A stretch of 64,000 nt of DNA from an uncultured Gammaproteobacteria bacterium (GTDB taxonomy: Bacteria; Patescibacteriota; Microgenomatia; Daviesbacterales; UBA10151). Both the position numbers and the translations under genes were made by a program. The stretch is taken from the NCBI GenBank assembly GCA_964392925.1, contig CAYMRP010000004.1, positions 71,184 through 135,183 on the forward strand. The letters are read 5' to 3'. Numbering within the stretch: the stretch's first letter is position 1; every line of letters begins with the position of its first letter. This document shows positions 29,267-37,919 of the stretch, piece by piece. The notes beneath the pieces were generated by a model that saw nothing but the letters and a program-made list of their open reading frames with translations, was not told the origin of the DNA and made no database searches.

Positions 29267-29905
29267 ATGAAGATAGTGTTCGTTATTTTTCTCGTTATTT
29301 TCAGCCTATTAATTAATTCAGGTCAAGCTCTCGCGTACGAAATACCTACCTTTACCTCCTGTGTTAACCCTCAAGGAGATCTCAAAGCTAACTATGAAAC
29401 TGGTACTCACGGAATTGCTGGCCGTCCAGGATTATTTGAAGGAAAAGACACCGTCTATGCAGTCGCGAGTAACGCCATTACTCAATGCTTTTGCCCAACC
29501 GATGGTAATGGTGTTCAGACAAATTTCTGGAAAATACCCGCTTTGACTCAATCTAAAATTAGTGTTCTTGAGGCTCAGGGTTGGATTTATATTCCCAACG
29601 GAGCATTGTGGGGATTAGAAAACGCTCCGTACCTAGCAAAAAATTCAGACTATAGCTGTAAATCATCAGGTGGAAGTAACGATAGTTCAGGTAGTTCTGG
29701 AGGTAGTAATGGATCTGGATCATCAGGCAGTAATTCTGGAGCTGGGGGCTCCTCATCTCTTTCAGTATCGGGCGGAGTAGGGCAGGTTTTAGGTCTCGCC
29801 TCAACCGGAAATACAATTTTTGTCTTAGGCACTGCTCTAACTTCAGGAATATCCCTGCTTCTGGGCCTTATTCTAAAAAGAAGAACAACAAATTTATCCA
29901 AGTAA
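29267..29905 (+). CDS. Sortase substrate: secreted protein with a Gly/Ser-rich stalk and C-terminal LAxTG (LASTG) sorting signal
   Basis: Signal peptide, a GGSNDSSGSSGGSNGSGSSGSNSGAGGSSS stalk, then LASTG + a hydrophobic stretch + KRRTT at the C-terminus. It lies immediately upstream of the sortase gene. Confidence 0.65.
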   Translation: MKIVFVIFLVIFSLLINSGQALAYEIPTFTSCVNPQGDLKANYETGTHGIAGRPGLFEGKDTVYAVASNAITQCFCPTDGNGVQTNFWKIPALTQSKISVLEAQGWIYIPNGALWGLENAPYLAKNSDYSCKSSGGSNDSSGSSGGSNGSGSSGSNSGAGGSSSLSVSGGVGQVLGLASTGNTIFVLGTALTSGISLLLGLILKRRTTNLSK

Positions 29906-29906
29906 A

Positions 29907-30485
29907 ATGGCAAAATATAATGAGGGTACAAAACTAACTCAGTCTGTTTTTTTAGGTAACCTATTACTTATTTTTGGTCTAATAAGTTTTATAGCCTTCA
30001 GCTACCTGATATTCCAAAGATATAATCCTCAAAACTTAGCTTTTGATTTACCTGAAGCAATCGCCGTCTCTGATAATGAAAATTCTGAACTTCAGCCTAT
30101 TGGTTTAAGAATAAATTCTATAGATTTAGCTCTCTCAATTACTCCTGCGGAAATTAAAAATAATAATTGGCAGGCTTTTCCTAACGCAATTTCCTATCTT
30201 AAAACTACGGTTGTTCCAGGAGCCAAAGGTAATAGCGTTCTGTATGGTCATAACTGGCCAAATCTATTAGGTGATCTAAAAAAAGTAAAACCCGGCGACA
30301 ATATTAATATAATTTACTCAGACAACTCATCAAAAGATTTTGAAATCGAATTTATAACAAAAGTACTTCCTTCCGAAACCTCTATCCTTAAAGATTCACC
30401 AGACAATAGGGTAACTCTTTACACCTGTACCGGATTTCTCGACTCAGAAAGACTAGTGGTTATCGCAAAACTTCTTAATTCTTAA
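29907..30485 (+). CDS. Sortase (class E-like, LAxTG-specific)
   Basis: N-terminal TM anchor, catalytic His (VLYGHNWP), TLxTC motif (VTLYTCTG) and a C-terminal Arg region. The LAxTG substrate is encoded adjacent. Confidence 0.8.
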   Translation: MAKYNEGTKLTQSVFLGNLLLIFGLISFIAFSYLIFQRYNPQNLAFDLPEAIAVSDNENSELQPIGLRINSIDLALSITPAEIKNNNWQAFPNAISYLKTTVVPGAKGNSVLYGHNWPNLLGDLKKVKPGDNINIIYSDNSSKDFEIEFITKVLPSETSILKDSPDNRVTLYTCTGFLDSERLVVIAKLLNS

Positions 30486-30732
30486 TTAGTCCTGTTAGAA
30501 TAGCTCTGTGGCCAAAGCAATAATTAGATTTATCAAAAATGACACAGTTTTTTGGCTATTCTTTATAGTCCTTTGTTTTATTATGCTGACATTTATTATG
30601 AAGAAAGAGGATATAAAAGTAACTATAACTTTGAGTGAGCCTTACGATAATAAAGTGATCACATTATTTGGTCGTTGACTGTGACTGGTCCGCTTGCCAA
30701 AAAAGAATGATAGTGGTATAAAACCTGTTGGG

Positions 30733-31389
30733 ATGAGTGAGAAGTCGTTTACAGTAATTTTCATAGCTATAACAATTGTTGCCGTTATTGGAATAATTGC
30801 GACCCGGTTAATAAGTTCTACTTCACCGGCTCCTTCTCCGTCTGCGGCTTCAGAACCGCAGCCAACCCAGCCAGTGCAGGAAGAAGCTACTCAAGCCGCC
30901 AATGTTATGAATGATAAAAAATCTTACACCCAAGCCCCAACCCCAATGCCTGCAGCTCAGTTAAAAAATAAAAAAGCTGTCATTGAAACCACCAAAGGCA
31001 ATATTGAGTTTGAAATTTATCCTGAAGCCTCTCAGGCCGCGACTAACTTCATCTTCCTTGCTAATGAAGGATTCTATGACAATTTAACTTTCCATCGTGT
31101 CGTTCCCGGCTTTGTTATTCAAGGCGGAGATCCTCTAGGTAATGGGACAGGCGGTCCAGGCTACCGATTTAATGACGAACCCGTTAAGCGCAAATATGAT
31201 AAAGGTATAGTCGCTATGGCTAATTCAGGTCCGAACACAAATGGTTCTCAGTTCTTCATCATGCTTGATAATAATCCTGATTTACCTGCTAAATATACTA
31301 TTTTTGGCAAAGTTACTAAAGGTCAGGACATAGTAGATGAAATAGCTGTCGGGGATGTCATGACTAAAGTTACAATTTCTCCAAAATAA
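30733..31389 (+). CDS. Peptidyl-prolyl cis-trans isomerase, cyclophilin type, membrane-anchored
   Basis: Cyclophilin signature FHRVVPGFVIQGGDP...GGPGY plus an N-terminal TM helix. The track start at 30694 is TTG; the ATG at 30733 is more likely. Confidence 0.9.
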   Translation: MSEKSFTVIFIAITIVAVIGIIATRLISSTSPAPSPSAASEPQPTQPVQEEATQAANVMNDKKSYTQAPTPMPAAQLKNKKAVIETTKGNIEFEIYPEASQAATNFIFLANEGFYDNLTFHRVVPGFVIQGGDPLGNGTGGPGYRFNDEPVKRKYDKGIVAMANSGPNTNGSQFFIMLDNNPDLPAKYTIFGKVTKGQDIVDEIAVGDVMTKVTISPK

Positions 31390-31615
31390 TTTCTCTCTTT
31401 CTTAAATCCAGTTTATGTAAATGAAGATTAATTAAGTGTGGCTGGGGTATTTAGTGCGCTGATACTGAAGCTGCAATCGAAAAAACAAAAAAAGTAAAAA
31501 CAATTGCTATTAATATAAGTGCTTGAATCCGCATCTATCTTTAAAACTACCACACACGCTCATTAGAGTCAAAGCTTTATAGATCTTAACTCCTGATTCT
31601 TGATACACTAATCAA

Positions 31616-32194
31616 ATGACCGGCAGAACTCACGACCTAGCAGCCTTTACCGCTTTATCATATGTGATCGCCACTCAGCCTCTTCCAGAGCACATCTCTT
31701 TGGCCACCGGTATTGTTGCTATCTCCGCCAATTTTATCGGCGGACTGGCACCTGATATTGACCAATCAACAGCTACTCTTTGGGGCAGGCTTAGAGGTGG
31801 TTCGGTATGGGGTAGAATATTCGCTCCTCTTTTTGGAGGCCATCGGTTCATCTCTCACTCCTTAATAGGTATCGCTTTATTTGGTATTGGCTCAAAGTTA
31901 ATTCTTCAGGCAATGAGCTCTGTTTTGATAGTTGATATGGATATAGTTTGGTGGGCTTTTATGATTGGTTTTGTCTCGCACCTCTTAATGGATACTATCA
32001 CCCGTGACGGCGTTCCTTGGCTTTTTCCAATCCCAATTCGCTTCGGCGTACCTCCACTCAGATTTCTTAGATTAAAAACCGGTGGTCTATTAGAAAAATC
32101 ATTTATTTTCCCCTCACTTATCCTGATAAATATCTGGATTTACTATCGTTACTACGATCGTTTCTTAGAAATTCTCCGGAATTACATAAAATAA
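31616..32194 (+). CDS. Membrane-bound metal-dependent hydrolase-like protein (YdjM/DUF457-like)
   Basis: The N-terminus MTGRTHDLAAF, several TM helices and conserved His/Asp residues; the family assignment is tentative. Confidence 0.4.
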   Translation: MTGRTHDLAAFTALSYVIATQPLPEHISLATGIVAISANFIGGLAPDIDQSTATLWGRLRGGSVWGRIFAPLFGGHRFISHSLIGIALFGIGSKLILQAMSSVLIVDMDIVWWAFMIGFVSHLLMDTITRDGVPWLFPIPIRFGVPPLRFLRLKTGGLLEKSFIFPSLILINIWIYYRYYDRFLEILRNYIK

Positions 32195-32237
32195 AGTCCT
32201 AGCTGAGCTTGCAAGTTATATTTTAGGCTAGTCTAAT

Positions 32238-32339
32238 ACAACATCTAGTGTATTGACAGTTACCTAAGACAATATGTTAATCTTATTTTTACATTAATAC
32301 ATGTTGAGTCTTCAAGACCAATGAGGTACAATATGTTGT
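32238..32339 (+). promoter_or_regulatory. nrdR-nrdJ upstream region: candidate NrdR boxes and a sigma70-like promoter (TTGAGT-17-TACAAT) abutting the ATG
   Basis: ACAACATCTAGTGTAT (32238-32253), ACAATATGTT (32269-32278) and ACAATATGTTGT (32328-32339) resemble the ACAC-ATATAT-GTGT NrdR box. TTGAGT (32304-32309), a 17-nt spacer and TACAAT (32327-32332) end 8 nt before the start codon. Confidence 0.4.
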
Positions 32340-32792
32340 ATGTATTGCCCATTTTGCAGATCCTTACAGAGCAGTGTTATCGATAAAAGATCGGTAAAAG
32401 GCACTGGTGAAATTAGACGTAGAAGAGAGTGCCTGAAATGTAAAAGACGCTACACTACCTACGAACGGGCAAGCGCAGTCGAGTTATTAGTTATCAAGCG
32501 GGACGGTAGAAGACAGCCTTTTGATATTGAAAAACTCAGAATGGGACTTGAAAGATGTCTGGAAAAGCGTCCGGCTTATCAGAATCTAGATGTCATCCTG
32601 GCTAAACTTGAGCGTAAAATCCGCTCTAAGGAAGTAGCTGAGATTGACAGCAAGGTTATCGGTCGGGAAGTACTCGGAGAACTTAAAAAGCTGGACCAAA
32701 TAGCTTATTTAAGATTTGTTTCCGTTTACAGACAATTTAAGCAGGCCAGCGATTTTACAAAAGAACTCGCAAACCTGAAGCTAGAAGAGTAG
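32340..32792 (+). CDS. nrdR: Transcriptional repressor NrdR (zinc ribbon + ATP-cone)
   Basis: MYCPFC...CLKCKRRYTTYE zinc ribbon followed by an ATP-cone; encoded immediately upstream of the RNR gene. Confidence 0.9.
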   Translation: MYCPFCRSLQSSVIDKRSVKGTGEIRRRRECLKCKRRYTTYERASAVELLVIKRDGRRQPFDIEKLRMGLERCLEKRPAYQNLDVILAKLERKIRSKEVAEIDSKVIGREVLGELKKLDQIAYLRFVSVYRQFKQASDFTKELANLKLEE

Positions 32793-32859
32793 AGTTCGTT
32801 GAAAGCTTCGCTTCCAAAAGAACTTGCCAACTTAAAATTAGAAGAATACTAAAAATAAA

Positions 32860-35379
32860 ATGAAAAAACAAAATCAAAACAAAGCAGTCGCTCTACAAAT
32901 TCAAATCCCAGCAGATAACGCCAAAAAAGCCGAAATCAAAGATGTAAACAGAGCCTTTGATGAAGGAATACTTCCAAAAATCCGGACCAAAACTGAATTA
33001 GATGGTATCCGTCAAAAAGTCTTTATGGATCGCTACTCGCTTAAAGACGTTAACGGTGAACCAACCGAATTTATTCCAGAAGAAATGTGGCAAAGAGTCG
33101 CCGCTGGAATTGCTCAAATGGAAAAAACCCATCCTTTAAGAAAACATTGGGCAAAAGAGTTTTATTCTGCCATGGAAGGATTTAAATTCGTTCCAGCCGG
33201 CCGTATTCTCTCCGGTGCCGGCACGGGCTACGAAGTCACGTTCTTCAATTGCTATGTTATCCCTTCTCCCAAAGATTCAAGACAGGGCATCATGGAAAAC
33301 ATCACTCACACCGTAGAGATTCAGGCAAGAGGTGGAGGAGTTGGAATCAATCTTTCATCTTTAAGACCTCACGGTGCTCGTGTTAAAAAAGTTAACGGCA
33401 CATCCTCAGGACCAGTCTCTTGGGCAAAATTATATTCAGCCGCCAATCACGACGTTATTCAGCAGGGTGGTTCAAGACGCGGCGCTCTAATGCTCATGCT
33501 TCACGACTGGCATCCAGATGTTATTGAATTCATTCACGCCAAAGAAGATGGGGTTTCAATTCCCGGAGCTAATCTCTCAGTCTGTGTTTCTGATAAATTT
33601 ATGGAAGCCGTTCAAAAAGATGAAGAATGGGTAACTGTTTTTCCCGATGTTTCTGACCCTGAATATGATGAAAAATGGGATGGTGTTTTAGAAAATTGGA
33701 CAGAAATGGGTAAGCCAGTTATTGAATACACCAGAATGCCAGCTCGGGAAATTTGGGATCAAATCTGCACTTCAGCCTGGAAGTCCGCTGAGCCAGGTCT
33801 TCACTTCCTTGAGCGAAGCAATAAATGGGGAAATACTTGGTATTTTGAAAAATTACTCTCCACCAATCCTTGCGGTGAACAGCCTTTAGGTGAATGGGCA
33901 GTTTGTAACTTAGGCGCTATGAATCTCTCGGCTTTTGTTAATGATGAAGGGGTGTTCGATTATGACGATCTCGATGCTAAAGTCAGAGTCGCTATGAGAT
34001 TTATGGATAACGTTGTTGATGCCAACTATTATTTCTGGGAAGAGAACGAGAAAAAAGCTAAAGATATTAGAAGAACCGGCATCGGCACAATGGGCTTAGG
34101 TGATGCCTTAATCAAGATGAAACTTGCCTACGGTTCCGAAGATGCTCAACCAGTCATCGAAAAAATATATAAAACAATTAGAGATGCCTCTTATGACACA
34201 TCTTCTGACTTAGCCGCTGAAAAAGGCTCCTTCCCGATGTTTGACTCGGAAAAATATTTACAGGGCCATTTTATTAAACAGCTGCCTCAGCCAATCAGAA
34301 GCAAAATCCAAAATCAGGGCATTAGAAACGCTGTTATTTTAACTCAGGCTCCAACCGGAACTACCTCACTTCTAGCCGGTGTTTCCTCAGGAATCGAACC
34401 AGTTTTTGATTTCAAATTCACCAGAAAAGATCGAATAGGCGAGCACGTTATTTATCATCCGCTATACGAAGCCTGGATGAAGCAAAATCCTGGAGCTGAT
34501 CGCCCTCACTATTTCGTCGGCGCAAATGACATGAGTCCTATGGATCACGTTAAAGTCCAGGCTTTAATCCAGGGATACACTGATTCCTCGATTTCCAAAA
34601 CAGCCAACGCTCCTTTTGAATTCACAGTCGACCAGGTTAAAGAGCTTTATATGGAAGCATATAAATTAGGCTGCAAAGGGGTAACTTTCTTCAGAGACGG
34701 CTCAAGAACTGCCGTCTTAACTCATGGTGATGATAAAAAAACTGAGGTAGCCAAAGTAGAAATGAATTCTGCGACCACACAAGATACTGTCGTTTCTCGC
34801 CCAATGATCTTAAGAGGACGCACCTATAAAATGCAGACTCCAGTTGGAGAAGGTTTTATTACTATCAATCGTGATGAGCAAGATAATCCTTTTGAAGTCT
34901 TCATTACTGTTGGTAAAGGCGGAATGCACACAATGGCTGATGCTGAAGCAATGGGCCGTTTAGTTTCTCTATCCTTAAGACTCGCCAGAAGTGCTTCAAA
35001 CGCTGATCCTAAAACAGTTGCCCAAAAAATCTCGGCCCAACTCCGGGGAATTGGCGGCGCTTCCCACGTTGGATTCGGCAAAGATCGTGTTATGTCCTTA
35101 GCTGACGCTATTGCTAAAGCTTTAGCTGAAGATTTAGCAATAACCGCTGAAAATCCATCAGAAAAAATTGAAACTGTCCCTCTTAATTTAACAATGGAAA
35201 CAGAAACCGCTTCCCCAGTCGAAAATACTGGTGCAGATGATGTTATCACTTCTCAAATGCCGTTAATAACGGAATCTACTCAAAAAACCGCCGATCTTTG
35301 TCCGGAATGCGGACAGGCGAGTTTTGTATTCGAAGAGGGGTGCAAAAAATGCTACTCCTGCGGATACTCAATGTGTTAG
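32860..35379 (+). CDS. nrdJ: Ribonucleoside-diphosphate/triphosphate reductase, class II (adenosylcobalamin-dependent)
   Basis: 839 aa with RNR active-site region NPCGEQPL and a C-terminal Cys cluster CPECGQASFVFEEGCKKCYSCGYSMC. Context: NrdR upstream, corrinoid adenosyltransferase downstream. Confidence 0.9.
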   Translation: MKKQNQNKAVALQIQIPADNAKKAEIKDVNRAFDEGILPKIRTKTELDGIRQKVFMDRYSLKDVNGEPTEFIPEEMWQRVAAGIAQMEKTHPLRKHWAKEFYSAMEGFKFVPAGRILSGAGTGYEVTFFNCYVIPSPKDSRQGIMENITHTVEIQARGGGVGINLSSLRPHGARVKKVNGTSSGPVSWAKLYSAANHDVIQQGGSRRGALMLMLHDWHPDVIEFIHAKEDGVSIPGANLSVCVSDKFMEAVQKDEEWVTVFPDVSDPEYDEKWDGVLENWTEMGKPVIEYTRMPAREIWDQICTSAWKSAEPGLHFLERSNKWGNTWYFEKLLSTNPCGEQPLGEWAVCNLGAMNLSAFVNDEGVFDYDDLDAKVRVAMRFMDNVVDANYYFWEENEKKAKDIRRTGIGTMGLGDALIKMKLAYGSEDAQPVIEKIYKTIRDASYDTSSDLAAEKGSFPMFDSEKYLQGHFIKQLPQPIRSKIQNQGIRNAVILTQAPTGTTSLLAGVSSGIEPVFDFKFTRKDRIGEHVIYHPLYEAWMKQNPGADRPHYFVGANDMSPMDHVKVQALIQGYTDSSISKTANAPFEFTVDQVKELYMEAYKLGCKGVTFFRDGSRTAVLTHGDDKKTEVAKVEMNSATTQDTVVSRPMILRGRTYKMQTPVGEGFITINRDEQDNPFEVFITVGKGGMHTMADAEAMGRLVSLSLRLARSASNADPKTVAQKISAQLRGIGGASHVGFGKDRVMSLADAIAKALAEDLAITAENPSEKIETVPLNLTMETETASPVENTGADDVITSQMPLITESTQKTADLCPECGQASFVFEEGCKKCYSCGYSMC

Positions 35380-35486
35380 TATCGAAAAAATAAAGAAACT
35401 CCGAAGTTTGTGAAACTCAAACACTGTGCCGCAACCGTAATAGCCGGGTCGAAGGTTTCTTTGAAAGTGAATAAGTCTCACGAGCA

Positions 35487-36776
35487 ATGAGGGTGATATT
35501 GAAAGTTACCTTCTCCAAAAGAGAAGGTTTTTTTATTTTCAAGCGAAAGCGAGAAAACAAAGTTTCTTTAACCCCAATTCTCCAAAGACTCCAAAATAAT
35601 ATGATTCAAGATTTAGAACAATATAGAAATAGGCGTGAAGTAACGAAGGCACCAATAATTAGCGGTGCGAATGCTTTAAAGTTGCAACCGCTTGTTGAAA
35701 TGACACCTCAGCTTAGGGTTGTTACTGAGCTTCCTGCTCCGATTCAAATAGACTCGTTCTTGAAAAGAAAAGTAGAGCCTCTTGCTGAAATCCCTAAAAC
35801 TCCAGAAGTCTTGGCAAGGCAACAGATAATAAATAATACAGCTGAAGCAGAGCCAGAGCGATTTATAGAAAGAGAAATTGACCCAGATAAGCCCTGGAGC
35901 GCCTTTGGACAAGTCATGTTTATAAAAGAGCATATTATTGATGGAAAATCAGTAAAGAAAATCGCTGCGATAAGTATGGCTTATCCAGGTGGGGTAGGAA
36001 CTAGAATGGCAGGGGAAGTGTTGAGTGAAACCGTCGGAATTAACCAATCTGAATTTGTAAGCTGGAAAGGTCAATCTGAAGGGGGGATTATAGCCGCAAG
36101 CAAAGAAGTTCAAAATATTACTGATCAATTTGGACTTATGGACGACTTTATTCAAAACTCCGGTTCAGTAATTAAAAACCGTCATGCTCAAGGTGAGCAC
36201 GAGGTGGTCCAGCACTTCTTCGGCCTGCAAGACACAAGGAAAGAATTTCTAGATACTGTTAAAGAAGATGCAGCTGCAATTTTAGAAAACCCTAATTTCA
36301 CGAGTAGGTCAGCGTTTGATGAGCGTTACAAGGACAAAGGTATTTACTTAATTGAAGGTATAGTGGTCGATGGAGTATGGGAAGGTGGAGATCCTCAGGG
36401 AAAAAGAATGCGTCTTGTTGATATGGCCGCAGATGAAGCACATCTAAAATGGTTGCAATGGGCTGAAAAAACAGCAAGCGAGATGAAAGGTGACGGAGTA
36501 ATTGTTGATGCAGAAGATACTGAGACAGTAACAGACTGCGGTGGAAATAAAGGATGCTCTGAATTCTTTGAAAAAATGGAAGGCAGCACATCTGAACCAA
36601 CCATCGATCTGAGCCGCTACTCTGTATCCACTGGAATAGCAGGCTCTATTGCTGCATCCGCATATTCAAAATCTCAGATTTCTGGAGGCGGAGCTCCAGC
36701 TTATGATAGTGAAAATTGCTCATCCTGCGGCAAAGACCGCTATAAAGAAGATGGCTGCAAATGCTCTACTAATTAA
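35487..36776 (+). CDS. Hypothetical protein with C-terminal Cys-rich motifs, located between nrdJ and the corrinoid adenosyltransferase gene
   Basis: 429 aa. The C-terminus carries DCGGNKGC and CSSCGKDRYKEDGCKC; there is no recognisable domain, and the N-terminal 40 aa may not be translated. Confidence 0.45.
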   Translation: MRVILKVTFSKREGFFIFKRKRENKVSLTPILQRLQNNMIQDLEQYRNRREVTKAPIISGANALKLQPLVEMTPQLRVVTELPAPIQIDSFLKRKVEPLAEIPKTPEVLARQQIINNTAEAEPERFIEREIDPDKPWSAFGQVMFIKEHIIDGKSVKKIAAISMAYPGGVGTRMAGEVLSETVGINQSEFVSWKGQSEGGIIAASKEVQNITDQFGLMDDFIQNSGSVIKNRHAQGEHEVVQHFFGLQDTRKEFLDTVKEDAAAILENPNFTSRSAFDERYKDKGIYLIEGIVVDGVWEGGDPQGKRMRLVDMAADEAHLKWLQWAEKTASEMKGDGVIVDAEDTETVTDCGGNKGCSEFFEKMEGSTSEPTIDLSRYSVSTGIAGSIAASAYSKSQISGGGAPAYDSENCSSCGKDRYKEDGCKCSTN

Positions 36777-36778
36777 TA

Positions 36779-37333
36779 ATGAAACCCAGCAAAAAATTTA
36801 AAGAAACAAAGCACGGTTTAACAATTATCTACACCGGTGAAGGCAAAGGTAAAACTACTGCCGCCTTAGGTTTGGCTTTACGTGCCGCAGGCTACAAAAG
36901 AAAAGTCTTAATTATCCAATTTGGCAAAACCTGGTTTTCAGGTGAGCTGGAAGGCATCAAAATGTTAAAGCCTTACGTCAAAATTATTCAGGGCGGTTTA
37001 GGTTTCGTTAAAATCTTTGATGACCAATCCGATATAAAAGACCACAAAAAAATGGCTCAGCAAACTTATGACCTATTATATAAGGAAGTTGTATCCGGAA
37101 ATTATGATGTAGTTATAGCAGATGAAATAGTTGGAGCAATTGCTGGAAAAATGGTCACCCAAAAACAAGTTATTCAACTAATAAAAGACAAACCTAAAAC
37201 CCTCGACTTGGTTTTAACCGGCCACCACGGCAAGCCTTCACTATTCAAACACGCCGATTTAGTAACCGAAATGATGCCAATAAAACACCCCTTCGAAAAA
37301 GGCTTCCTAGCTAAACCAGGAGTAGACTACTAA
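36779..37333 (+). CDS. ATP:cob(I)alamin adenosyltransferase (CobA/CobO/BtuR family)
   Basis: P-loop LTIIYTGEGKGKTTAALGLALRAAG and an about 184-aa length typical of the CobA/BtuR family. Confidence 0.85.
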   Translation: MKPSKKFKETKHGLTIIYTGEGKGKTTAALGLALRAAGYKRKVLIIQFGKTWFSGELEGIKMLKPYVKIIQGGLGFVKIFDDQSDIKDHKKMAQQTYDLLYKEVVSGNYDVVIADEIVGAIAGKMVTQKQVIQLIKDKPKTLDLVLTGHHGKPSLFKHADLVTEMMPIKHPFEKGFLAKPGVDY

Positions 37334-37376
37334 TTTTTAGTTTGCACAATAAATAACTATAAGATATAATATCATA

Positions 37377-37772
37377 ATGTTAAGAGATATTGGTGATATC
37401 GGAGCTGAGTTAAAAATTCAATACCTGCAAAGCGATAAAAAAAGTCGCCAATTTACGCGCATACGCTTAGGAACAAAGGGTATACTGGTTGCAAATAATA
37501 GTCACATTTGGACAAAGTCTTTTTCTTTAGAGCACGACAATTCTATAAGAGATCTAAATGAATGGGCCGACTTATTAAGTTGGGATCCACCTTCTAATTT
37601 TAACAGATCTTATAATTGGCTAAAAATCTCAAAGCCTAAAAAAGTGTACAGATTACGGTTAAGTGAGGGCTTGAAAAGTACAGTCTGTTCTACGGGTACA
37701 ATTGAATGGGCACCTGATGGGGTTCGTCATTTGATAACGCAACTTGAAGCATATGCAGAAAAGAAGAAGTAA
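37377..37772 (+). CDS. Hypothetical protein
   Basis: 131-aa ORF with no recognisable motif. Confidence 0.35.
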   Translation: MLRDIGDIGAELKIQYLQSDKKSRQFTRIRLGTKGILVANNSHIWTKSFSLEHDNSIRDLNEWADLLSWDPPSNFNRSYNWLKISKPKKVYRLRLSEGLKSTVCSTGTIEWAPDGVRHLITQLEAYAEKKK

Positions 37773-37797
37773 TTCCCTCTAACCTTCGTTTACCGGG

Positions 37798-37826
37798 TTG
37801 ACACTCTTTAGCACTCATGATATATT
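37798..37826 (+). promoter_or_regulatory. Sigma70-like promoter upstream of lon (TTGACA-17-TATATT)
   Basis: TTGACA at 37798-37803, a 17-nt spacer and TATATT at 37821-37826, about 95 nt upstream of the lon ATG. Confidence 0.45.
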
Positions 37827-37919
37827 ACTGCTAAATCCAGTTGAAGTTATCTCTTGAACAGATGTGGTAAAATAAGCTCCACTGTCCAATAACCTCTAAC
37901 TTGGACTCCCAATTTTTTT

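Noticed and set aside
30486-30732. Small ORFs (9 and 31 codons) in the 250-bp spacer between the sortase and cyclophilin genes, as possible leader peptides.
   Set aside because: There are no conserved motifs or RBS, and the AT-rich spacer readily yields short ORFs by chance.
32860-35379. An intein inside the class II RNR, common in some reduced genomes.
   Set aside because: 839 aa is within the normal range for monomeric NrdJ. The sequence is collinear with RNR motifs, with no obvious Hint/endonuclease blocks.
35380-35486. A cobalamin riboswitch downstream of nrdJ (CCGCAACCGTAA resembles the region around the B12 box).
   Set aside because: Only one short block matches. The GGGAA / GGUGAAA / GCCACUG core elements are absent, and the element is too short (about 70 nt). 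It is kept only as an unclassified structured element within a finding.
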